A DNA stretch of 64,000 nucleotides from Fidelibacterota bacterium. GTDB taxonomy: Bacteria; Fidelibacterota; UBA2242. The notes beneath the pieces are model-generated. The model saw only the letters and a list, made by a program, of their open reading frames with translations, had not been told where the DNA came from and did not search any database. Of this stretch, positions 1-8,614 are shown in pieces. Each line of letters starts with the position of its first letter. Position 1 is the stretch's first letter. Position numbers and translations under genes: made by a program. The DNA lies in assembly GCA_049975265.1 (NCBI GenBank), contig JBNGDF010000009.1, forward strand, positions 1 through 64,000. The letters are read 5' to 3'.

Positions 1-1037
1 ATAAAAAAGGGAACGTAGTTATTTCTGGTGGATTTGAGCCTATTGGTGGTGGCGGTGGCGCTGTCTATGAAGATGGTTTACCGTCTTTTGAAACGGAGTT
101 TACTGATTATATTGGTCTACCAGCAGCAGCACTTAATGTTGCACTTGCACCATATGGCAATATAACGGGATATTCGTTAGATGTTAATTTTGAAGGATCG
201 TCGGTTTATTACGGTGGACAAATAGGCCTAACATATGGTCTTAACGATATGTTATCAATTGCAGCTGGTATGAGATATGTCTATGCAAAAAACAATTATG
301 AGGGTTATTTAAAGAATATCGCGTTAAAAGCTGATGGTGGTATTGGAGATATCGTTGGAATCGCAAGCGATATGGAAGTTAATGCCGTACAAACAGGAAG
401 TGGTATAACTGGTATTTTTGGCCTTAATGTTACTCCAAGTGATATGTTAAATATTGGTGTCCGCTATGAAACGTTAACAAAACTAGAACTTAAAAACGAC
501 ACTGAGGTTGATGATACAGATATGTTTCCAGATGGCCAGAAGACAAATGCTGATATGCCAGCTATGTTGGCACTGGGTGTTTCGTTTAAACCAATAGAAA
601 AACTTCGTGCTGAATTTGATTTAAACTATTACGTGAATACCAGTGTCGATTGGGATTGGGCAACTAGAGATACTATGGTTGGTACTACAGCTGAAGATTT
701 CCTTGGAAATGGTTATGAAATTGGTCTTGCTGTGGAATATTGTCTCAGTGAAAAACTATTAGCCAGTGTCGGTTTTTCATATGGCGATGGTAGTGTTAAA
801 GATGATTATCAGACTGATCTTAGCTACAGTTTGCCATCAACAACTATTGGTTTAGGAATTGCATATAAAGTATCAGACAATTTGCTTTTTAACTTTGGAG
901 CACTGAACACATTTTATCAGGATGGTTCTCGCGATGGACAACGTAAAAATGCTCTTACAGGAGTACCTGTTGACTATACCGAGAAATATGCTAAAACAAA
1001 TTATGGTTTCGCTTTCGGGATTGATTATAAATTCTAA
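1..1037 (+). CDS. FadL/OmpP1-like outer-membrane beta-barrel transporter (5' end lies before the window)
   Basis: The frame of ORF 249..1037 is open back to position 3 (KKGNVVISGGFEPIGGGGGAVYEDGLPSFE). Amphipathic beta-strands, 'DMPAMLALGVSFKP', C-terminal beta-signal GIDYKF. Confidence 0.75.
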   Translation, partial: KKGNVVISGGFEPIGGGGGAVYEDGLPSFETEFTDYIGLPAAALNVALAPYGNITGYSLDVNFEGSSVYYGGQIGLTYGLNDMLSIAAGMRYVYAKNNYEGYLKNIALKADGGIGDIVGIASDMEVNAVQTGSGITGIFGLNVTPSDMLNIGVRYETLTKLELKNDTEVDDTDMFPDGQKTNADMPAMLALGVSFKPIEKLRAEFDLNYYVNTSVDWDWATRDTMVGTTAEDFLGNGYEIGLAVEYCLSEKLLASVGFSYGDGSVKDDYQTDLSYSLPSTTIGLGIAYKVSDNLLFNFGALNTFYQDGSRDGQRKNALTGVPVDYTEKYAKTNYGFAFGIDYKF

Positions 1038-1070
1038 TACGTTGAGATAATCAATTAAATGATAAACAAC

Positions 1071-1114
1071 CGGCAGGGGAGACTCGAATCGAGATTTCCC
1101 CTGCTGCACTTTTT
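1071..1114 (+). terminator. Intrinsic terminator-like hairpin after the FadL-like gene
   Basis: CGGCAGGGGAGACTCG-AAT-CGAGATTTCCCCTGCTG stem (one bulge, G:U pairs) followed by CACTTTTT. Confidence 0.6.
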
Positions 1115-1124
1115 GAGGGATTCG

Positions 1125-2354
1125 ATGAAACGATTATTCGTTCTAAACTTGGTACTATTAGTAATCACATCGTTTCTTTTTGCACAGGAAAAGGAACGAA
1201 AAGGCTGGGGGTGGGGCGGCGTTCCGGCAATCAACTATAACGCGGATGAGGGATTCGGTTATGGTGTGGTCGGAAACATATACAATTACGCGGATGGCGG
1301 CTACGCACCGTATTATTGGACGGTCCAGCCTCAGATCTTCTTTACGACCGGCGGCAAACAGGAACACTGGCTCTGGTTTGACAGCCCCTATCTGCTGGGC
1401 AATGGAATCCGCCTGACGGCAGAGTTAAAAATGTTCAAACAGTTGTATGATCCGTACTACGGAATCGGCAATGAATCGGAATACGATGAGTTATTGACAA
1501 AACTGGATAAAAATGACGTCCCCGAAGATTCGACGGTCTTTCTGGATCAGCATTACTATTCCTACTATCGGGAACGTTTTTCGCTCAAAGCGGATTTCAT
1601 GAAAGCCCTGTCCACGCATGAAAACGGCCGTCCGAAAATGTCTGTGCTGTTTGGTTTTGGTATCCAGAGCACCACGAATGATCTGAATGGAGATACGTCG
1701 AAACTAGCAGTGGATATTGCCAATGGTGATGTCTCCCAGGAAGAGATCGATGGTGGCTTGACCAATTATATCAAACTCGGCGTTGTCCATGATACCCGGG
1801 ATAACGAACCGGCACCGAACAGCGGACACTGGACTGATTTTGTGGTGGAGATTTACCCGAAGCTGCTGGGCAGCGATTATCAGTACAGTCGCCTGACGCT
1901 GACCGACCGACGCTATTTCTCCATCACCAAAAAACTGGTCTATGCGCAGCGGCTTCTCTTCGAGAAATGTTTCGGTGATATTCCCTTTTACGAAATGTCC
2001 TTTTACGGCAGTTCATTTAAAGTAAACGAAGGATTGGGTGGCTCGAAAAGTTTACGGGGCGTTTTGAAAAACCGCTATCTGGGACAGACCAAAATGTTTG
2101 CCAACCTGGAAATCCGGTTTAAATTCCTTGAGTTCAGTGCAGCGGGGCAGGATTTTTATCTGGCGACAAACGAATTTCTGGATTTTGGAAAAGTGTGGGG
2201 CGAAGATGACGAGACCGACCTGTCCGGTATCCACTACAGCTATGGTGCCGGCTTGCACATCGGCTGGAACGAAAATTTCATCATTGCCGTGGATGGCGGC
2301 ACGTCGGAAGAGACCGGATTGCAGCTCTATATCGGGCTTGGTTATCTTTTTTGA
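1125..2354 (+). CDS. Omp85 (BamA/TamA-family) barrel protein without POTRA domains
   Basis: Likely start ATG 1125 after GAGGGA; signal peptide MKRLFVLNLVLLVITSFLFA; motifs HDTRDN, SLRG, FLDFG; ends GLGYLF. Confidence 0.75.
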   Translation: MKRLFVLNLVLLVITSFLFAQEKERKGWGWGGVPAINYNADEGFGYGVVGNIYNYADGGYAPYYWTVQPQIFFTTGGKQEHWLWFDSPYLLGNGIRLTAELKMFKQLYDPYYGIGNESEYDELLTKLDKNDVPEDSTVFLDQHYYSYYRERFSLKADFMKALSTHENGRPKMSVLFGFGIQSTTNDLNGDTSKLAVDIANGDVSQEEIDGGLTNYIKLGVVHDTRDNEPAPNSGHWTDFVVEIYPKLLGSDYQYSRLTLTDRRYFSITKKLVYAQRLLFEKCFGDIPFYEMSFYGSSFKVNEGLGGSKSLRGVLKNRYLGQTKMFANLEIRFKFLEFSAAGQDFYLATNEFLDFGKVWGEDDETDLSGIHYSYGAGLHIGWNENFIIAVDGGTSEETGLQLYIGLGYLF

Positions 2355-2411
2355 TCGCCCATTGGGTGTCTCTGGAATTCGATCTATAAATCCCTTTGCA
2401 GGAGAGACATT

Positions 2412-4190
2412 ATGGCGCTTATAAAAAATAAAGCCGTTTTCGGCTGGACGATGTACGATTGGGCTAATTCGGCTTTTGCCACGACGGTTATGGCGGGTTT
2501 TTTTCCGGTGTTTTTTAAAAGCTATTGGAGTGCCGGCGCCGATGTCAACCAGAGTACGGCGTTGCTGGGCTTGGCGAATTCGGTTGCCTCGCTGGTGGTA
2601 GCCCTGCTGGCACCGGTACTGGGCGCAATTGCTGATCAGAGTACGGGGAAAAAACGGTTTTTAATTTTCTTTGCCTATCTGGGTGTTCTGATGACCGGCT
2701 GTCTCTTTATGGTTAAATTCGGACAATGGTTGTTGGCATTGATTCTGTACGTCCTGGGTACCGTCGGCTTTTCCGGTGCGAATATTTTCTATGATAGTCT
2801 GCTGCCCGATGTAGCCAACGAGAAACAAATCGATTATGTCAGCGCAAAGGGTTTCGCATTGGGTTACCTGGGCGGTGGTCTGCTCTTTTTGCTGAATGTC
2901 CTCTGGGTCTTGCAGCCGGGGCTCTTTGGCTTTCCCGAGGAAACTACGGTGGATGTTGCTGATAGACTGCAAAAGGACGCTCAGGTTATTCGTCTGGCAG
3001 ATGCCATTGAAACTCCGCAACCGGATTCACAAAAGCCGTTCAGGGCGGTGGTGATCAGTAATTTTTCTGTGCCGGTCATATCGCTGACACCCATCGAAGG
3101 CAGTATGTCGAATGATGTCTGGATTGAAGTTCAATTGCCCGCCGGTCTGAATACGAAATTGCTGGATGAGACCGTCTCATTTGGCGAGTATAAAAAAGGT
3201 GAAATCGCCCAGTTTTCCAGCGATCGACGGCAGGTGAAAATCGTCAACCTGACCCGCAAAATTCCGGAAGCCGCCGAGGTGGAATTTTCACTGACAAATC
3301 CGATTACCTTTCGTGCCCATGTGGATGGGGTGCTGACCGTTGTAGAGGGGCTGGAGAATCATTTCGGTCAAACCAGAATAAAGACCGACTTTTTGCCGCC
3401 GGCACTGGAGTTTTTGGCGATTCGGGTAAGTTTTTTATCGGTGGCACTGTGGTGGGCAATTTTCACGATTCCGCTGATCATGTACGTCCGGGAACGGAAA
3501 CGGCATGAATCCCAGCCGCAACCGGTCAACTATATCAGATCGGGCTTCAGTCAGCTCTATCATACCTTTAAAAAAATCAGACACCTGAAAGTCATTTTTC
3601 TCTTTTTAGCCGCCTATTGGCTGTACATTGACGGAGTTGATACGATTATACGGATGGCGGTGGATTACGGAATGTCCATCGGCCTTCCTTCGGATGCCCT
3701 GATTGTGGCGTTGCTGATAACGCAGTTCGTCGGTTTTCCGTGTGCACTTCTGTTCGGTAAACTGGGTGAGAAGTGGAATGTAAAGAAATCGATCTACATT
3801 GCCATCATTGTGTATCTTTTCGTAACAGCCTGGGGCGTGATGATGACGAAAGCCGTTGAATTTTACGTTTTGGCGGTTATCATCGGTTTTGTTCAGGGCG
3901 GGATTCAAGCCTTGAGTCGGTCATATTATTCGCGGTTAATTCCCAAAGATCAGGCGGCAGAATTTTACGGTTTTTATAATATGCTCGGCAAGTTTGCGGC
4001 AATATTCGGTCCGGTATTGATCGGAACCGTCGGGCTGATTGTGCGGAAAATCGGTTATTCGGCGAATTTTGCCTCCCGCATGGGGATTGCTTCGGTGGCA
4101 ATTCTCTTTATCGTCGGTGGCATCTTGCTCTATTTTGTGGATGAAGAGAAGGGGAAAGCGGAAATCCGCCATCTCAGATTGGAAGATTGA
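2412..4190 (+). CDS. MFS transporter, UMF1/Atg22-like family, with a large loop insertion
   Basis: GWTMYDWANSAFATT, IFYDSLL, YIDGVDTII, QALSRSYYSRLIP, FYGFYNMLGKF motifs; about 12 TM helices. Confidence 0.85.
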   Translation: MALIKNKAVFGWTMYDWANSAFATTVMAGFFPVFFKSYWSAGADVNQSTALLGLANSVASLVVALLAPVLGAIADQSTGKKRFLIFFAYLGVLMTGCLFMVKFGQWLLALILYVLGTVGFSGANIFYDSLLPDVANEKQIDYVSAKGFALGYLGGGLLFLLNVLWVLQPGLFGFPEETTVDVADRLQKDAQVIRLADAIETPQPDSQKPFRAVVISNFSVPVISLTPIEGSMSNDVWIEVQLPAGLNTKLLDETVSFGEYKKGEIAQFSSDRRQVKIVNLTRKIPEAAEVEFSLTNPITFRAHVDGVLTVVEGLENHFGQTRIKTDFLPPALEFLAIRVSFLSVALWWAIFTIPLIMYVRERKRHESQPQPVNYIRSGFSQLYHTFKKIRHLKVIFLFLAAYWLYIDGVDTIIRMAVDYGMSIGLPSDALIVALLITQFVGFPCALLFGKLGEKWNVKKSIYIAIIVYLFVTAWGVMMTKAVEFYVLAVIIGFVQGGIQALSRSYYSRLIPKDQAAEFYGFYNMLGKFAAIFGPVLIGTVGLIVRKIGYSANFASRMGIASVAILFIVGGILLYFVDEEKGKAEIRHLRLED

Positions 4191-4287
4191 TCCGCCGGCG
4201 CCGGGTGGGTTTCCGAATATAAATCAGAATCTGAAGAAAATTTCCTATCTTAAAGTGGTTCAGTGAGTTAAGCATTGAGTTGCTATC

Positions 4288-4318
4288 ATTTTTTACTGGC
4301 ATTTAGCCATAAAAAAAT
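4288..4318. terminator. Possible bidirectional terminator hairpin
   Basis: ATTTTTTAcTGGC-ATTTA-GCCATAAAAAAAT: short GC stem flanked by T and A tracts. Confidence 0.35.
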
Positions 4319-4356
4319 TTAAATTATGGCGTGTTCTATCTGCGTGGGGTTTTCGG

Positions 4357-4743
4357 GTGAACAGAAACAATCCAAAAACGAACATTATAGGCGTAATCCT
4401 GCTGGTAATTTTAGCCGTTGCCATCCTCCTCGACGGGAAATACAATCCCGCCATTTCGGAAATGATTACCATCCAGCTTGTTGGCATTAATAACGAGGAC
4501 ATCGCCCAAAAAGTGGCGGAGCTGGTCCGTAAAATCGAAGGTGTGCAGTCGGTTTTTGTTGATGAAAAATCGGCGTTGTGCACATTCCGGTACGATTCCG
4601 GTAAAATCGATCTGAAAACTGTCGAAAATCAACTCGCAAGCATGGGGATTCAATTCCGTCCGCTGGAGCCGGTCCGCATCCTTGACATTCCGGAAAAACA
4701 CAAAAAATTTCTATCCATCGAGATAGAAACCGTTGCGCCTTAA
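4357..4743 (+). CDS. Membrane-anchored heavy-metal-associated (HMA)-fold protein lacking CxxC
   Basis: GTG start; N-terminal TM helix; 'IQLVGINNEDIAQKVAELVRKIEGVQSVFVD...FRYDSGKID' follows the HMA pattern. Confidence 0.6.
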   Translation: MNRNNPKTNIIGVILLVILAVAILLDGKYNPAISEMITIQLVGINNEDIAQKVAELVRKIEGVQSVFVDEKSALCTFRYDSGKIDLKTVENQLASMGIQFRPLEPVRILDIPEKHKKFLSIEIETVAP

Positions 4744-4769
4744 ATTTATTCCACAAAGATAAAATTGGT

Positions 4770-4786
4770 TCAGACAGAGTGTCTGA
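4770..4786. terminator. Hairpin between the convergent HMA gene and tRNA-Leu
   Basis: Perfect 7-bp inverted repeat TCAGACA-GAG-TGTCTGA. Confidence 0.35.
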
Positions 4787-4797
4787 CATTCAGATAG

Positions 4798-4881
4798 TGC
4801 CCGAGGCGAGACTCGAACTCGCACCTCCTTAAGGAGACTAGACCCTGAACCTAGCGTGTCTACCAATTCCACCACCCGGGC
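4798..4881 (-). tRNA. tRNA-Leu (anticodon CAG)
   Basis: Minus strand GCCCGGGTGGTGGAATTGGTAGACACGCTAGGTTCAGGGTCTAGTCTCCTTAAGGAGGTGCGAGTTCGAGTCTCGCCTCGGGCA: cloverleaf with long variable arm; CCA not encoded. Confidence 0.97.
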
Positions 4882-4896
4882 GTCAAATAACCGCTA

Positions 4897-4925
4897 AATA
4901 TAAAATGGTTTTCCGATTTCTCCAA
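4897..4925 (-). promoter_or_regulatory. Putative sigma70-type promoter of tRNA-Leu
   Basis: Minus strand TTGGAG-17 nt-TATATT just upstream of the tRNA. Confidence 0.4.
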
Positions 4926-4971
4926 GATTTACTATTGGAAGTTCCTGTAAAAGGGATTAATTTCACCCGTC

Positions 4972-5442
4972 ATGAAAAAACCTGAATTAAAAATAATCAC
5001 AAGGAATAAAAAGGCGTATCACGATTATCATATCATCGACACATTCGAAGCCGGAATCGAATTAATCGGTAGTGAAGTAAAATCCCTGCGCGCCGGGCAT
5101 GCCCATCTGAAAGACAGCTACGCCCGTATTCAAAACGGCGAGCTGTTTCTGGTAAAAACGCACATTCCGCCCTACAAATTCAGCGGCAGTCATGATAACC
5201 ATGAACCCGAACGGGAGCGTCGGTTGCTGATGCATAAGCAGGAGATTATCCGATTGAAAAAAAATATCGATACCAAGGGGGTAACCCTTTTGCCGCTGCA
5301 ACTCTATTTCAACGATCGCGGCAAGGTTAAAGTTGAGCTGGGAATTGCCAAGGGCAAGCGGCAATATGACAAACGTGCCGCTATTGCCGAAAAAGATCGA
5401 CGCCGGGAAATGGAACGGACAAGAAAGGATCGCTATCGATGA
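4972..5442 (+). CDS. smpB: SsrA-binding protein SmpB
   Basis: NKKAYHDY, EAGIELIGSEVKSLR, RRLLMHKQEI, GKRQYDKR. Confidence 0.98.
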   Translation: MKKPELKIITRNKKAYHDYHIIDTFEAGIELIGSEVKSLRAGHAHLKDSYARIQNGELFLVKTHIPPYKFSGSHDNHEPERERRLLMHKQEIIRLKKNIDTKGVTLLPLQLYFNDRGKVKVELGIAKGKRQYDKRAAIAEKDRRREMERTRKDRYR

Positions 5443-6653
5443 AATTTCCTCCGATTAACGAACAGATTGGCATTATTAAAAAGGGCGTGGAAGAGCTCAT
5501 TTCGGAAGAGGAACTGCTTCAGAAACTGGAACACAGCGAAAAAACCGGTCAGCCACTGCGGGTCAAGCAGGGCTTCGATCCCACGGCGCCGGATATTCAT
5601 CTGGGGCACACGGTCGGTATTCGGAAATTACGGGAATTTCAGGAACTCGGGCATACGATCGTACTAATTATCGGCGACTATACCGGCATGGTGGGTGATC
5701 CCAGCGGAAAGAGTGAAACCAGACCGCGGCTGACCTATGAACAGGTCCGGGAAAATGCCAAAACCTATGAAAACCAGTTTTTCAAAATTCTGGATCGTAG
5801 CAGAACCGAGGTCCATTATAACGGCGAGTGGTTTGGCAAGATGCAATTCGATGAAATCATGACCCTCGCCGCCAAATTTACCGTAGCCCGAATTCTGGAA
5901 CGCGACGATTTCACCAAACGCTACAAGGAGGGCAATCCCATCAGTCTGCATGAGTTTTTCTACCCGCTGATGCAGGGCTATGATTCGGTGGCAATCCGGA
6001 GCGACGTGGAGTTGGGTGCGACGGAACAGAAATTCAATCTGCTGGCGGCACGGCATGTTCAGCGGGAATACAACCAGGAGCCACAGGTGGTCCTGACATT
6101 GCCGGTTCTGGAGGGGATCGATGGTTCTCAGCGGATGAGCAAAAGCCTTGGGAATTACGTTGGTATCGACGAAACACCGGCGGAGATGTTCGGTAAAATC
6201 ATGTCAATTCCGGATAATCTGATCGAAAAATATTTCATTCTGGTGACCGATTACCATCTGGATCAGTTGGAGGATGTCCGCCAGAGACTGCAAAATCCGC
6301 AAATCAATCCGATGACGATTAAAAAAGAGCTGGCGCGGGCAATCGTTACCATTTATCACAACGCCGCGGATGCCATCGCCGCCCAAGAGGCATTTGAGAT
6401 GGTTTTTAGCAAAAAAGAGCTCCCCGATGATATGGATGAACTGATCATCGACGGGAATGACGACCGGATGCTGGTGAAAATTTTAGCCGACCATGCAGTC
6501 GTCAGCTCAAACGGTGAAGGTCGCCGGTTAATCAAACAGGGCGCCGTAAAGGTGAATGACGAAAAAATAACCGATGTAAACTATTGCCTGACGAATGGGG
6601 AATACATTGTCAAAGTGGGGAAACGGCGATTCGTAAAAATTATAGTCCGGTAA
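5439..6653 (+). CDS. tyrS: Tyrosine--tRNA ligase
   Basis: GFDPTAPDIHLGH, YPLMQGYD, RMSKS, C-terminal S4 domain (VKVGKRRF). Confidence 0.98.
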   Translation: MKFPPINEQIGIIKKGVEELISEEELLQKLEHSEKTGQPLRVKQGFDPTAPDIHLGHTVGIRKLREFQELGHTIVLIIGDYTGMVGDPSGKSETRPRLTYEQVRENAKTYENQFFKILDRSRTEVHYNGEWFGKMQFDEIMTLAAKFTVARILERDDFTKRYKEGNPISLHEFFYPLMQGYDSVAIRSDVELGATEQKFNLLAARHVQREYNQEPQVVLTLPVLEGIDGSQRMSKSLGNYVGIDETPAEMFGKIMSIPDNLIEKYFILVTDYHLDQLEDVRQRLQNPQINPMTIKKELARAIVTIYHNAADAIAAQEAFEMVFSKKELPDDMDELIIDGNDDRMLVKILADHAVVSSNGEGRRLIKQGAVKVNDEKITDVNYCLTNGEYIVKVGKRRFVKIIVR

Positions 6654-7711
6654 AAGTTGCGGTTGCTGCATGGGCTCTCATTGCTTTCGCTTTTTCAGGC
6701 TGTGAAAGAGCCAAACCGGAGTCAGTGATCCTGTTTATCGGCAGCGGAATGGGAGTGGGACATCTCTCGGCGGATTACTACCTGAGCAGCGATTCAACCT
6801 TTGCAGATTTTTCAAATGTCGCTCTGTTGGATACCCGACCTTTGGGGGAACGCTGGATCACCGATGCCGCCGCCGCCGCAACCGCTCTGGCAACCGGTGA
6901 AATGGTGACGCCCGGAACCGTCAGCCTGAAAAACGATATACCTCTGACCACACTGCTGGAAGCGGCGCGGAGTCATCAGAAAGCCACGGGCGTTGTTACC
7001 ACGACGAGTCTGACCCAAGCCGTTTCGGCGGCGTTTTTGACACATGCGCAATACTGGGGCAAAGAGTATGAGCTGGCACGCCAGATCGCCTATTCCAATA
7101 CCGATGTCCTGCTGGGCGGCGGACGCCGGTTTTTTGAACACCGTGATTCCGACAGCCACAATCTGATTCTGACGATGCAGGACCGCGGCTATACCCTTAT
7201 CTCACAGCAACAGCAGCTGGAGACGCTGGATCTTGAGAAAACCGAAAAGCTGCTCGGTCTTTTTGCAACGGAAGCCCTGCGGCAAGCCGATCATCGCAAC
7301 CTTTCCCTCCAGATGATGACGGAAAAAGCCGTCAGACTGCTTGAAAAAAACCGGAACGGCTATGTTCTGATCGTCGAAGGTGCCCAGATTGACTGGCGCT
7401 CCCACGAGCGCGACAGTGCGGGACTGCTTGCCGAAATGCAGGATTTTGCCAATGCCATTCGCTGGACACTGGATTATCAGAAAAAGCACCCTAACCTATT
7501 GATCGTTGTCACCGGGTTAAATGATACCGGCGGTGTCTTTCTGATTCGGGACAATCAACAGCGCGGACAAATTGGTATCGAATTCGCCAGCAGCGATCAT
7601 ACGGCAAATTTATCTCCGGTCTTTGCCAAGGGACCCCAATCCGAAAGAATCCGGGGAATCGTATCAATAGGTGAACTGGGGCGGATACTGATGAACCTGA
7701 TAAAAAACTAA
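6584..7711 (+). CDS. Alkaline-phosphatase-fold lipoprotein, predicted catalytically inactive
   Basis: PhoA-family scaffold (VILFIGxGMG, TDxAAAATA, DVLLGGG, VEGAQIDW, PVFAKGP); lipobox-like FAFSGC. Start uncertain: TTG 6584 overlaps tyrS by 70 nt, so a later non-ATG start near 6629 is possible. Confidence 0.8.
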   Translation: MPDEWGIHCQSGETAIRKNYSPVKVAVAAWALIAFAFSGCERAKPESVILFIGSGMGVGHLSADYYLSSDSTFADFSNVALLDTRPLGERWITDAAAAATALATGEMVTPGTVSLKNDIPLTTLLEAARSHQKATGVVTTTSLTQAVSAAFLTHAQYWGKEYELARQIAYSNTDVLLGGGRRFFEHRDSDSHNLILTMQDRGYTLISQQQQLETLDLEKTEKLLGLFATEALRQADHRNLSLQMMTEKAVRLLEKNRNGYVLIVEGAQIDWRSHERDSAGLLAEMQDFANAIRWTLDYQKKHPNLLIVVTGLNDTGGVFLIRDNQQRGQIGIEFASSDHTANLSPVFAKGPQSERIRGIVSIGELGRILMNLIKN

Positions 7712-7714
7712 ACT

Positions 7715-8614
7715 ATGCAACTCCGACTGCACAATGTTCGCAAAGAGTTCAATAGCACCGTCGCTGTCGATGATTTGAGTATCAATGTGCCGAAAGGTTC
7801 GGTGTTCGGGCTGGTCGGTCCCAACGGCGCCGGAAAAACCACCACGCTCCGAATGATTATGAACATTGTTCAACCGGATCGGGGGGAAATCTATTATGAT
7901 GGGAATCCCATCGGCTCTGACACTCTGCTGCGTGTCGGCTACCTGCCGGAGGAGCGTGGACTCTACCTGAAAGCCAATCTGCTGGAGACCGTTATTTATC
8001 TGGGCATGCTGAAGGGCTTGTCCCAAAACCGGGCGAAAGACCAGGCTTATACCTATCTGGAGCGGTTTGGACTCAAGGAATATGCAACCCGGAAAATTGA
8101 AGAGCTGTCGAAGGGCAATCAGCAGAAAGTGCAGTTTATTATCGCTATTTTGCATGATCCCGATCTGTTGATTCTGGATGAACCATTCTCCGGTTTGGAC
8201 CCGGTCAATCAGCTGGAATTGAAGCAGATCATCAGCGATTTTCATAAACAGGGTAAAACCATTGTCTTCTCCGCTCATCAAATGGAACAGGTGGAAAGAC
8301 TCTGCCAGGACATCTGCATGATTCACCGCGGGCGGCAGGTTCTTTATGGAAATTTGGCGCAGATCAAACAGAACTACGGTGTGCGCAGATTTCGGATTCA
8401 TTACTCCGGTAGTCAGAATTTTATAAAAAGGATAGCTGCGCCCGAATGGACGGTGGCGGAGGATCAACTTTCCGGTGAACTAAATCCTGCTATGACCATA
8501 AATGATATTCTGATGAAAATAATTTCCCGCGTTACCATTACCAATGTGCAGGTCAGTGAAGCGTCGCTGGAGCAGATTTTTATTGATCGGGTGAAGGAAT
8601 CGACCAATGCCTAA
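7715..8614 (+). CDS. ABC-2 type exporter ATP-binding subunit (NatA/YhaQ-like)
   Basis: Walker A GPNGAGKT, GYLPEERGLY, LSKGNQQK, ILDEPFSGLDP. Confidence 0.92.
   Translation: MQLRLHNVRKEFNSTVAVDDLSINVPKGSVFGLVGPNGAGKTTTLRMIMNIVQPDRGEIYYDGNPIGSDTLLRVGYLPEERGLYLKANLLETVIYLGMLKGLSQNRAKDQAYTYLERFGLKEYATRKIEELSKGNQQKVQFIIAILHDPDLLILDEPFSGLDPVNQLELKQIISDFHKQGKTIVFSAHQMEQVERLCQDICMIHRGRQVLYGNLAQIKQNYGVRRFRIHYSGSQNFIKRIAAPEWTVAEDQLSGELNPAMTINDILMKIISRVTITNVQVSEASLEQIFIDRVKESTNA

Noticed and set aside
4744..4971. tmRNA gene next to smpB
   Set aside because: The structured sequence here is tRNA-Leu(CAG), and there is no room for ssrA.
7664..8467. 267-aa minus-strand ORF, and similar ones at 12090-12845, 24831-25487, 39854-40492, 56126-56704, 57235-57831 and 61947-62687
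   Set aside because: Antisense shadows of well-supported genes, with no recognisable motifs.
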